Source: a virus. Taken from it: a stretch of DNA of 64,000 nucleotides. The position numbers and the translations under genes were made by a program. Under the pieces are notes generated by a model that saw only the letters and a list, made by a program, of their open reading frames with translations, made no database searches and was not told the origin of the DNA. The stretch lies in the IMG/VR virus record IMGVR_UViG_3300009488_000018, positions 1 through 64,000 of that record; one strand, written 5' to 3'. Below, in pieces: positions 49,285-57,952 of this stretch (position 1 is the first letter of the stretch; each line of letters begins with the position of its first letter).

Positions 49285-49584
49285 TTACTTTTGTAAAACT
49301 AACGTATTAAATTTATAACTACATCGTCCTAAATCACAAAGAAAATCAAGAGACGATTTTCTAGCAATTTCATCCATTATAAAAGTTACACGTCCCTGAT
49401 TATCTTTTTCTTTATGAACCCAGTGTCCTAAGTAAGTATTCTCTACAATTCTTCTAAGTTCGTCTCTTACTGATTTAGATTTCCAACCAATCAACTGAGA
49501 TATATCTTGTACTGACACTTTACCAAATTCTTTCAGGACCCACAATGTTCCCTTTCCTAGTTCTTCAAACGGTGATGTTTTCAT
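49285..49584 (-). CDS. Winged-helix-like small protein
   Basis: 'VSVQDISQLIGWKSKSVRDELRRI' HTH-like. Confidence 0.5.
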   Translation of the reverse strand: MKTSPFEELGKGTLWVLKEFGKVSVQDISQLIGWKSKSVRDELRRIVENTYLGHWVHKEKDNQGRVTFIMDEIARKSSLDFLCDLGRCSYKFNTLVLQK

Positions 49585-50553
49585 TTACTCTTCTCCTTTC
49601 ATTTCTTTTATTATTCTTTGAAAAAAACAACACATTTCTGAATGGTTCAATAAAATTGGACATGGTAGTTCTCTATCTAATCCCTTATTAATTATTTCAA
49701 ATAACTCTTCTTCATTATCATATAAATATTCTCTAGGCAAGAGTTCTGGATAAGAAAACTTATTCGGAGCAACAGGAATACAACCATTTAAAACCGCATC
49801 AACAACTTGATAACCAAATGTCTCTTCCTTACTAGTTATAAGCATAACTTTACACATACTTATACATCTATAATAATTATCCCACGATATAAAATTCCTT
49901 CTTATAATTTTACCAAATTTCTTCTCAACCTTCTTTTCTAATCGTTTATTAACTTTCTGGATATTTGGACGAGCAACAGATATTGTATCTTTTACTTTAC
50001 CAGCAATATTATAAGTTTTAAAAGGTGGGTAAGGCAGGGCAGTAACAACTACGTTTCTCCAGTCTGAATTTCGTCTATAATACTTTAACTTATATTCATG
50101 GTACTCACTAGCAACAAAGACTTTATCAAATAATTTAGAATGACCAGTTTCAACTAACCATTTTGATTTCCTAACAGGTTGGAAGATATCATATGCATTC
50201 CTACTTGTACCATGACAAAAAGCAAAATTCTTACTTGGTCTTTTATGGTGAAGGATATTAGAAAAGAAACCTGGATAACTTAAATCTGACAAAAATAAGA
50301 TGTCATTATCTTTTAAGTCAAGACTCATAAACTCCCATATTTGATGTCGCTCTAACTCAACAGATAATTGTAAATTAGAAAATACATTTGGACTATCAGT
50401 AGGTTGGTCTTTAAAGTTACTGATAAAAGATTTTCCTAGAACAATTACTTCGTCAAATTCTTTCTTAAACTCCTCTTTGAATACAGGTAACCACCATTCT
50501 TGATACCTCATTTTAACTGGAAACTGAGGTACGAAAATCAATCTATTCATCAC
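49585..50553 (-). CDS. Glycosyltransferase (GT-B, GT4-like)
   Basis: 'SKEETFGYQVVDAVLNGCIPVAPNKFSYPELL' ExFG motif. Confidence 0.8.
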   Translation of the reverse strand: MMNRLIFVPQFPVKMRYQEWWLPVFKEEFKKEFDEVIVLGKSFISNFKDQPTDSPNVFSNLQLSVELERHQIWEFMSLDLKDNDILFLSDLSYPGFFSNILHHKRPSKNFAFCHGTSRNAYDIFQPVRKSKWLVETGHSKLFDKVFVASEYHEYKLKYYRRNSDWRNVVVTALPYPPFKTYNIAGKVKDTISVARPNIQKVNKRLEKKVEKKFGKIIRRNFISWDNYYRCISMCKVMLITSKEETFGYQVVDAVLNGCIPVAPNKFSYPELLPREYLYDNEEELFEIINKGLDRELPCPILLNHSEMCCFFQRIIKEMKGEE

Positions 50554-51016
50554 TCTCCTGTTTTAAAATTTGTTCGCCATATTCATCTAAAAGATCCATT
50601 TCTTTTAGTCTTTTGTTCAGATAATCTTTAATTTGTTCTAGCTTTCCTTTGTATTCTTCGGAATCCCCATTAAAAGCATATTTAAAAGGCTTAGGAACTT
50701 CTACTGGTACTTTCTCAATTTCTTCCATCGGCCAAGCAGTACCAAAACCATCACTCAAGTCAACGTGGTTTTCATCGAATAAGATGTTATAACCCGTCTT
50801 AAATCTTGAGACCAAAAAAGTTCCCATCTCCTCAATCCAAATTCCTAGTTTAGACTTTCTAGCATCAATCTTATATAAATATCGATCCTTTAATTTACTG
50901 ATATTTATAGACCGTTCTCTTTTCTCATCTTCTAGTTGCTTTAACCTTTCGCTAAAGTTATAATAACTATCTGATTTCTCTTTTAACTCGTTCAAAAAAG
51001 GGTTCCTTTTCTCCAT
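50543..51016 (-). CDS. Hypothetical protein
   Basis: Overlapping ORF in the operon. Confidence 0.6.
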   Translation of the reverse strand: MEKRNPFLNELKEKSDSYYNFSERLKQLEDEKRERSINISKLKDRYLYKIDARKSKLGIWIEEMGTFLVSRFKTGYNILFDENHVDLSDGFGTAWPMEEIEKVPVEVPKPFKYAFNGDSEEYKGKLEQIKDYLNKRLKEMDLLDEYGEQILKQESDE

Positions 51017-51293
51017 AAGCTTCTTTAACGACTTCGCTTTTAGTAATTCCTACTGGAATTTCCACTACTCTCATATAAACACCATGGCTTACATGTTCTA
51101 GATAACCCGAAGCAGTTAGATACCTACGATATACATCAACTGTTTGATATAGGTATCTATTTCGTCTAGTTTCTCTTAAACGATTCTCACCATAAAGAGA
51201 ATCTAAAAGTTCTTGTCTAGAAACTTTATCTTGTAAATTTTTCTCTCTAAAAAAATCTACTACCGATGTCCACAAATTCTTTTGTTTTGACAT
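50967..51293 (-). CDS. Hypothetical protein
   Basis: GAGGAGG RBS before MSKQK. Confidence 0.55.
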   Translation of the reverse strand: MSKQKNLWTSVVDFFREKNLQDKVSRQELLDSLYGENRLRETRRNRYLYQTVDVYRRYLTASGYLEHVSHGVYMRVVEIPVGITKSEVVKEAYGEKEPFFERVKREIR

Positions 51294-51338
51294 TCTATTC
51301 CTCCTCATAACCTTAGTTCTCAATAAATATTAAGTAAT

Positions 51339-51809
51339 TTAGATGATCCACTTATAATAACCTTCAAACAAAATATACTTCTTATCATGTTCCCATAAGT
51401 CTTTCTGACTCGGATAAACATTGTTTAACAAAGTTTCTTTCTGACTCGGATTTTTAACTTCATGACAATATGGTGCTCGCATATTTGTACTATAAAATAT
51501 TACGTCGAAACCACCTCTAACTAGTTGCTCACCTATTGTTCCCTGTAAACGATGTGCTGGATGAGTCTCGTAGATTGGATCCGGAAAGTAAAATATATTC
51601 TGTCTATTTAGAAGTTGGGAAGGGATTGATCTAAGAAAAAACTGGGCTTTAATATCTACAAACTTCTTAATTCTTAAAGCTTCTTCTTTCCTTTTTTCTT
51701 CAATATCTTCTGTATAGATAATAATAGGTTTCTGATCTTCCATTAAGATTCTTGTACAACCAATTATTTCATCATCAGGGTGAGGCGATATAATCACAAT
51801 ATCAAACAT
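51339..51809 (-). CDS. PIG-L/LmbE-family deacetylase-like protein
   Basis: 'IISPHPDDEIIG' and 'ETHPAH' metal motifs. Confidence 0.8.
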   Translation of the reverse strand: MFDIVIISPHPDDEIIGCTRILMEDQKPIIIYTEDIEEKRKEEALRIKKFVDIKAQFFLRSIPSQLLNRQNIFYFPDPIYETHPAHRLQGTIGEQLVRGGFDVIFYSTNMRAPYCHEVKNPSQKETLLNNVYPSQKDLWEHDKKYILFEGYYKWII

Positions 51810-52007
51810 CTACATTTTCTCCTTTCTATTTACTTTTTGTTCTACTTCTTTTCAAAAAAATCTCAGAGTTTATCTCTGTAAGATTATTTATTTGTTCATT
51901 AAAATAAAATAGTTTTCCAATGAAAACAAAACAATTATATATATTAATTACTGAGTAAGGGTCGAGTTGTTTATTTTTTCAAATTTAAGTTTAAAGGAGG
52001 AACTCTC

Positions 52008-52538
52008 ATGGAAATGAAAGTGGTAGAAGGTATGAAAAAACTTAAGATTATTGAGAAAAAAATGAGGTCTAACTGCCAGAACATAACTAGGTATGCTAGT
52101 ATGGTAGATATAGAACGACCACTTTTTGAAACGGAAAAAAAACAAGTGGAAGAAGTTAAATCTCTCGTACAGTCTAATGTAGACCTAATGAAAGAAGCAT
52201 TAGGACTAAAGAAAAAGATTGAACAGACTAACCTAGAAACCACCGTTCAAATTGAAGGCGAGTCTTATACAATCAGTGACCTCCTTTTCATTCATCATAG
52301 AATGGGAGAACTAATGTTGAGTACATTCTACTCCATGAATGATACAGAAGGGCAGAAAAGACTGAGGAACTCTCCTTCAATAGAAGGAAGAACTCCACAA
52401 GTGGTTCGTATGTACAAAGAAGAAACAAGAAACGAAGGTCTTAAAAAATGGCAAAACCTTCTTGACAATATTACCATGCGTCTAGAGGTGATAAACGCCA
52501 CAACAAACCTGGTCGAGGATGAACCTCAACAAGAGTAA
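52008..52538 (+). CDS. Helical/coiled-coil protein, possibly DIP1984/DUF6847-like
   Basis: MKVVEGMK...LKKKIEQTNLETTVQIEGESYTISDLL...LEVINATTNL pattern; GGAGG RBS. Confidence 0.6.
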   Translation: MEMKVVEGMKKLKIIEKKMRSNCQNITRYASMVDIERPLFETEKKQVEEVKSLVQSNVDLMKEALGLKKKIEQTNLETTVQIEGESYTISDLLFIHHRMGELMLSTFYSMNDTEGQKRLRNSPSIEGRTPQVVRMYKEETRNEGLKKWQNLLDNITMRLEVINATTNLVEDEPQQE

Positions 52539-52550
52539 GAACAAAATACT

Positions 52551-52863
52551 AAAGGGGTTCGGTAGCGTAAAAATGGAAACTTTGGGAGCCCGCTAACTGG
52601 GACAATGTTAGAGTGAAATAATAAAGTAAATCTGATTCGACAACTTCGAATATTTTTTACTTCCATTATAACAATGGTGTTAAGACTCATGACATAAGGT
52701 TAAAGACTAAGACGATCTCCACGTCGATAAAGAACGGAGATGGTCAAGTTTAAAGACAAAAGTTTCAAGATACGCTAAGGTAAAACTTCTGCGGGAAAAA
52801 TCCAGACTAAGGTGTAGCCCTCTCAAGCAACCTATCACTTCTGGCTGTTATTTGGACCCTTTT
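52551..52863 (+). ncRNA. Putative ~310-nt structured RNA with 7-nt periodic AAG repeats
   Basis: Closing stems aaaggggttc/ggaccctttt and ggtagc/gctgtt; internal hairpins; AAGNNNN runs. Confidence 0.55.
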
Positions 52864-53022
52864 CTCAAAAAATCTTAAGTAACTCTACATTATATCTAAA
52901 AATTCCCAACCCAATGTCGTATCCTTCTCAAGGTTGGTCACATGTTGTGAGGGTAAGACTATTTTACTCTCACAACAAACCTAATTCTTAGGAACTATTT
53001 TTTTCTTCTGGGAGACTGTTAT

Positions 53023-53096
53023 GGAGACTGTGGTGAAGAGGTTACCACGAAGGGCTGTGGCCCCTTTATACGCCAGTTCGAATCTGGTCAGTCTCC
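53023..53096 (+). tRNA. tRNA-His(GTG) with G-1
   Basis: 8-bp acceptor GGAGACTG/CAGTCTCC; AAGGG-CTGTGGC-CCCTT. Confidence 0.9.
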
Positions 53097-53127
53097 CCCT
53101 TTAGAAGCTATTTAAAGGAGGTTACTA

Positions 53128-53583
53128 ATGGTTTCGTTTGTAAATAAAGATATAACTACTATAACTGAAGGTATCATTTGTCATCAAGTTAATTGTCGCG
53201 GTGTTATGGGTGCGGGACTAGCTAAACAAATCAGGAATAAGTTTCCAAAAGCCTATGAAGATTATATACAACAATATAGAAATAATAAGCTTCAACTTGG
53301 CAATGTTATATTTACAACAATTAACACTTATCCATTCTTGGTTATAGCTAACTTATGCGGACAAGATGGATATGGAAGACAAGGAGTATTTACAATTTAT
53401 CAAGCCGTCAGACAATGTCTTTATAAAGTAGTAAATTACAAAAATTTCCTTGTGGGACCATATTTATTGCCAATATATATTCCAGATCATATGGGGTGTA
53501 CATTGGGTGGTGGAGACTGGAAAAAAATACTACAAATAATAGATAAAATAATACCAGATGCTATAATAACACAATATGGATAA
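53128..53583 (+). CDS. Macrodomain (ADP-ribose processing) protein
   Basis: ICHQVNCRGVMGAGLAKQIR..FP; MGCTLGGGDW. Confidence 0.88.
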   Translation: MVSFVNKDITTITEGIICHQVNCRGVMGAGLAKQIRNKFPKAYEDYIQQYRNNKLQLGNVIFTTINTYPFLVIANLCGQDGYGRQGVFTIYQAVRQCLYKVVNYKNFLVGPYLLPIYIPDHMGCTLGGGDWKKILQIIDKIIPDAIITQYG

Positions 53584-53601
53584 ATTGAGCGGAGGATAAA
53601 A

Positions 53602-54003
53602 GTGAAAATTTATAAGATACAATTTTATAGGTTTAATACTCGTGTTAAACCAATGATGGAAGCGAATGTTGATGTAGTGTTTAGAACTAATTTTCCCCCA
53701 GAGGAAGACGATTTGTTCAATGACGAGTTTCTCAATATAATGTGGAAAGAAATGTGGAAACAGAATCCTGGATGGCTGTTATGTCATGGGCCCTCAACAT
53801 TAGGATTTCATGGTTGGTCATCTGTTATGTGGAAAAGGGAGTCATTAGTGGAGGTTAAAATAGATGAAAGGGATATGCCAGAAGATCTGACAGGAGAAGG
53901 GAATATGCTTACCGCATTAACATTTCATCCACTACTTCCCTCTGATATAAGAACGGCATTAAAAAAAGCCTACGAGCGCGGATTGAGAGACAAAACAAAA
54001 TAA
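53602..54003 (+). CDS. Hypothetical protein
   Basis: GGAGG RBS, GTG start. Confidence 0.6.
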   Translation: MKIYKIQFYRFNTRVKPMMEANVDVVFRTNFPPEEDDLFNDEFLNIMWKEMWKQNPGWLLCHGPSTLGFHGWSSVMWKRESLVEVKIDERDMPEDLTGEGNMLTALTFHPLLPSDIRTALKKAYERGLRDKTK

Positions 54004-54005
54004 CC

Positions 54006-54097
54006 GGAGAGGTTGACCACAGTGGGAACGCGTGGCCTGGTCTTGAAAACCAGTGGTCGTTAACAGCGGCTTCGGGGTTCGAATCCCCGTCTCTCCT
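54006..54097 (+). tRNA. tRNA-Ser(TGA)
   Basis: CTGGT-CTTGAAA-ACCAG; long variable arm; GGTTCGAATCC. Confidence 0.85.
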
Positions 54098-54369
54098 TCT
54101 AATATCAAACAAAAGAGGTAATAAAGTGGGAACGACCGGAGAATTACATAAAGAATTATTCAAGATGAATATAAAGTTGGTTAAAGTACATCCATTCTAT
54201 GAAACCTTCAAAGACGAACTTAGAGACATCTTAAGGAAATGTTTAACATATGAAAATAAATTTATAGCGACAAATTGTTTTCTTTCTGACAAAATTGATG
54301 AGCTAGAAAGAATAATGAAAGGATCTGGAAAATATCTTCATTAATTTTAATAAAAGGAATTATTGAACT

Positions 54370-55053
54370 ATGATTTTAGCAGTAGGCGACATCCACAGTG
54401 AGTTCAAACACTTAAATTCTCTAATCAGTGAGAAACAACCATCAATAATTCTTCAAGTTGGTGACTTCGGATACTGGCCAAAAGACAAGAAAAGTCAGAA
54501 AATAAAAAATAAAGATACTATAATCTACTTTTGTGACGGAAATCATGAAGACCATGAAAGTTTGAAGAACCTCGAAAACAACGAAATACAACAGAACATA
54601 TTTTATATGAGAAGAGGTTCTACTTTAACTCTACCGGATGGTCGAACTGTTTTATTTATGGGAGGTGCTTTCTCTCACGATTGGAGATATAAAGAATTTG
54701 GCAGTGATGAATGGAAATATAGAGAACCTGGAATTGACTGGTTTCCATTTATGGAACTAATTACTCAAGACGATATTAACAAAATTCCAAATATAAAAAT
54801 AGATATTGTTATTAGTCATACTGCTCCAGAAGAATTCTTCATGCCACCAAGAGACGGAGGATTAAAAGTTAAAGATCCATCAAGAGAATGTTTATCTCAA
54901 ATATTAAAAAAGTATAAACCAAAAGAGTGGTACTTTGGTCACTATCACTACTTTAAATATGGTTTTGATTATGGATGTAAATGGACAGCATTATCATATT
55001 CCAGATCAAATAGTAGATGGTGGGTTGGTTTAGATTTATGCAGGGTCGAGTAG
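54370..55053 (+). CDS. Calcineurin-like metallophosphoesterase
   Basis: GDIH, GDFG, GNHE, SHT, FGHYH. Confidence 0.9.
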   Translation: MILAVGDIHSEFKHLNSLISEKQPSIILQVGDFGYWPKDKKSQKIKNKDTIIYFCDGNHEDHESLKNLENNEIQQNIFYMRRGSTLTLPDGRTVLFMGGAFSHDWRYKEFGSDEWKYREPGIDWFPFMELITQDDINKIPNIKIDIVISHTAPEEFFMPPRDGGLKVKDPSRECLSQILKKYKPKEWYFGHYHYFKYGFDYGCKWTALSYSRSNSRWWVGLDLCRVE

Positions 55054-55121
55054 TGGTCTAGCTCAGTGGTTTCATATGCCACGGACATGTGTCTTCATGG
55101 GTTCGAATCCCATCCCTGCTA
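55039..55121 (+). tRNA. tRNA with CAT anticodon (Met, initiator-like) and an atypical long variable arm
   Basis: U1:U72 mismatch; GTGGT-TTCATAT-GCCAC; GACA-TG-TGTC variable stem; GGTTCGAATCC. Confidence 0.75.
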
Positions 55122-55132
55122 CATTAACATTA

Positions 55133-55204
55133 GACGGTGTAACCGAAATGGATAGGTGACGGGTTGCAACCCCGTTTATGCAGGTTCAAGTCCTGTCACC
55201 GTCT
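55133..55204 (+). tRNA. tRNA-Cys(GCA)
   Basis: ACGGG-TTGCAAC-CCCGT; U73. Confidence 0.88.
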
Positions 55205-55209
55205 CTAAC

Positions 55210-55294
55210 GGGCGAGTCGATTAGTATGGTGACATCAGCGGACTGTAAATCCGTGGCCCCTGGCTTGTAGGTTCGAATCCTTCCTCGCCCACCA
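55210..55294 (+). tRNA. tRNA-Tyr(GTA)
   Basis: GCGGA-CTGTAAA-TCCGT; variable arm; encoded CCA. Confidence 0.88.
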
Positions 55295-55323
55295 AAATCA
55301 TTATAAAAGGGAAACAAGAACAT

Positions 55324-55692
55324 ATGGGAAAAGAATTGTTATTCTCTGTTACTGCAAAGGACTGTGATTGGGGTTACTATCGAGGAAGTGGTAAAGGAGG
55401 ACAAAAGAAAAACAAAACAAGTAACTGTGCTAGGTGTACCCATCGTGATAGTGGAGCAGTTGGGAAGTCAGAAAAAGGACGATCTAAAGAACACAATCGA
55501 AGAGAAGCTTTCCTCCATATGATCGAAACTAATAAATTTAAAGTATGGCACAGAGTTGAGATTGCAAGGAGACTTGGAACCCTTGCAAAGATAGAAGAAA
55601 AGGTCGATCAAGAAATGAAGAAAATTAAAGTAGAAGTTAAGTCCGAAGATGATAAATGGGTAGAATGGACAGACAATTTAGAATCTATTTAA
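55324..55692 (+). CDS. Class I release-factor-like GGQ peptidyl-tRNA hydrolase domain protein (ArfB/PrfH-like)
   Basis: 'YRGSGKGGQKKNKTS.C.R.TH.DSG.V......RS..HNR..AF'. Confidence 0.85.
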   Translation: MGKELLFSVTAKDCDWGYYRGSGKGGQKKNKTSNCARCTHRDSGAVGKSEKGRSKEHNRREAFLHMIETNKFKVWHRVEIARRLGTLAKIEEKVDQEMKKIKVEVKSEDDKWVEWTDNLESI

Positions 55693-55948
55693 AATAGAGA
55701 AATATGAAAGGGTAATAAAATGAACCCACAACAAATCTACCTTAAGAAGGAAAAACTACAAAAAAGCATCAAACTTTTATGTAGAAATTTTGAGAAAGAA
55801 ACAAACACAGTCGTTACAGAGATTACTAACCGGAATACCGATAACAATGGTTGTCTAGATAGTACTAAAGAAGTTTCCGTAATTTGTGAAGATGACTACT
55901 GCATTTATAAATGAGAATTGTCACAACCAAACTGAAAGGAGAATTGTT

Positions 55949-56587
55949 ATGAGAAGAATAACTCGTTCTTATTGGGGAAAAGGTCAAATAGAAGCAGTAC
56001 CTGAGGAGACAAAGACAGAAGATAAAGCGGAAGTATTAGTTAGAGAACCTTCTGTCTTAGAACAAGTAGATAACAGGATCTATTTCTATGCAGAAATAAA
56101 TCGTCAGAATATTTTAAAATTAAACAAAAGTTTACGACGGTTAAGTAATGATCTTATAACAACAAGCAATTTACAAGAGTTTAATATGTATCCACCTATA
56201 ATTCTACATATCAACACTTATGGTGGTAACCTTTTTGATGGACTAGCAGGACTGGATGAAATAACAAATTGTAAAGTAGAAGTCAGAACTATTGTAGATG
56301 GTTGTTGCGCAAGTTCAGGAACTTTCCTTAGTGTTGCTGGAAAGGAACGATTTATAAACAAACATGCTTTTATGCTTATCCACCAACTTTCTTCGTTCTT
56401 TTGGGGTCCATATAGTGAATTTCAAGACGAGAAGAAAAACTTAGATTGGTTGATGGACATGATAAAGGACGTCTACAAAGAATACACTAAGGTACCAGAG
56501 AAGACGATAGACGAGATTTTGAAACATGATTTATGGTTCGACGCAGAAACATGTCTGGAATACGGGCTAGTTGATAAAATTCTCTAA
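55949..56587 (+). CDS. clpP: ClpP-like protease
   Basis: ILHINTYGG, DGCCASSG (Ser), FMLIHQ (His), DLWFDAE.CLEYGLVD. Confidence 0.85.
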   Translation: MRRITRSYWGKGQIEAVPEETKTEDKAEVLVREPSVLEQVDNRIYFYAEINRQNILKLNKSLRRLSNDLITTSNLQEFNMYPPIILHINTYGGNLFDGLAGLDEITNCKVEVRTIVDGCCASSGTFLSVAGKERFINKHAFMLIHQLSSFFWGPYSEFQDEKKNLDWLMDMIKDVYKEYTKVPEKTIDEILKHDLWFDAETCLEYGLVDKIL

Positions 56588-57021
56588 GAAGGAAACTACT
56601 ACATGGAAGAGGGCGATCAGGTAAATAATGTTGTTGTATCTACTGATGGTTGCACCTGTCAAGGATGCGGTAAAATCTATAAAGTAGATATTATAGTCCC
56701 TGACGAACTCTGGAAACTTATTAAGCCTAAAGATAAGTCAGACGAAGGAGGGCTGTTATGTGGAATGTGTATAATGGATAGAATAGAAGCCTTCAATAAA
56801 TTTGATGCTTATGAATTAAGACCATTGTAATGGAGAGTGGAAATGAGTAAAATAGAGAAAGATAGTGAATTGCGTTACTATGCTTCCATTTTATGCGAGT
56901 ATTTTGTGCCTGAAATGGATGGGTATACGTGTTTATGTCACGAGCCTAAAAGAATGGAAGACCCGATAGGGTTGAAAAAATGCGTAGTAAAATATTGCCC
57001 TAAGCTCAATAAAACTGACTA

Positions 57022-57106
57022 GGGAGGTTAAACCGTAGGGGTAGCGGGCTTGGCTGTAGACCAAGTGTCATTGCGTACTCGGGTGGTTCGACTCCATCAC
57101 CTCCCA
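57022..57106 (+). tRNA. tRNA-Tyr(GTA), second divergent copy
   Basis: CTTGG-CTGTAGA-CCAAG; long variable region; GGTTCGACTCC. Confidence 0.8.
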
Positions 57107-57142
57107 TCAAAAACAAATAATGTATAGAAGAAGGAGATACTT

Positions 57143-57604
57143 ATGAGGAAACCAATTGGATACAGCTTTGAGATCGGGATTAATGAAAACAAAACACCAT
57201 CTTTATGTATGTATCCAACACAATTCTGTAACATAAGACCGATAGCTGTAATGAGTAATCTATTTCATGCTGTCATACCAAGTATGGTTCGTAACGTGTT
57301 TGGAGGGATAAAAGTAGATCTCCTCTTTGGTAAAATAAAGAGACCTGTTTCAAACCCTTTTGCAATACAAAATCCATGGACCAGCGGAAACCATTGGTTT
57401 GTTATCGATATACCATTCCCATTACCAGCATTCTTTATTTCCTTTGGGTTTGGTAAACGAGGGAAACAGTTTGGATTTTATTTCGGCTGCAAGACATACC
57501 GAATAGATCATATTTCAAATGCTGGTAAATGGTGTGATGAGTCTGAGATGGGAAACATTTACCTTTGTCCATCATGCAGTATCCGCGAAACAATGTGGGA
57601 TTAA
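57143..57604 (+). CDS. Hypothetical protein
   Basis: AAGGAG RBS. Confidence 0.6.
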   Translation: MRKPIGYSFEIGINENKTPSLCMYPTQFCNIRPIAVMSNLFHAVIPSMVRNVFGGIKVDLLFGKIKRPVSNPFAIQNPWTSGNHWFVIDIPFPLPAFFISFGFGKRGKQFGFYFGCKTYRIDHISNAGKWCDESEMGNIYLCPSCSIRETMWD

Positions 57605-57605
57605 T

Positions 57606-57681
57606 GGGAGAGTAGCTCAGCGATCGAGCAGTCGGCTGTTAACCGATTGGCACGTAGGTTTAAATCCTACCTCTCCCGCCA
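57606..57681 (+). tRNA. tRNA-Asn(GTT)
   Basis: GTCGG-CTGTTAA-CCGAT; G73 CCA. Confidence 0.85.
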
Positions 57682-57699
57682 ACTAGGTTTATTATTTTA

Positions 57700-57860
57700 T
57701 GTACTTGTTAGGTGCGTTATGTGATGGAGGTCTGGGTGGAAGACTGTAGTTATCCCAGTTCAGTGGAAAGGATACGGTCGTACGGAGGCATGGCTGGCTA
57801 CAGAGCAATCCTCCAGCGTCGAGGACGTATGGGCCATACATTTCGCGTCTAACAAGTACA
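57700..57860 (+). ncRNA. Unknown structured RNA 1 in the tRNA cluster
   Basis: 17-bp closing stem tgtacttgttaggtgcg/cgcgtctaacaagtaca; inner ggagg/cctcc and ctgtagtta/tggctacag. Confidence 0.6.
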
Positions 57861-57869
57861 ATTAACTAC

Positions 57870-57948
57870 GGGCTGTGGGATTGCATGGGGTGATCACCTC
57901 GCTTGCACCGAGGATATCAGCAGGGTTCGATTCCCTGACGGTCCACCA
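57870..57948 (+). tRNA. tRNA-Ala(TGC)
   Basis: G3:U70; CCTCG-CTTGCAC-CGAGG; CCA. Confidence 0.85.
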
Positions 57949-57952
57949 GTTT

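Noticed and set aside
55039-55121. Selenocysteine or opal-suppressor tRNA (TCA in the loop, long variable arm)
   Set aside because: The 7-nt loop TTCATAT centres on CAT and the acceptor stem is not of the extended Sec type.
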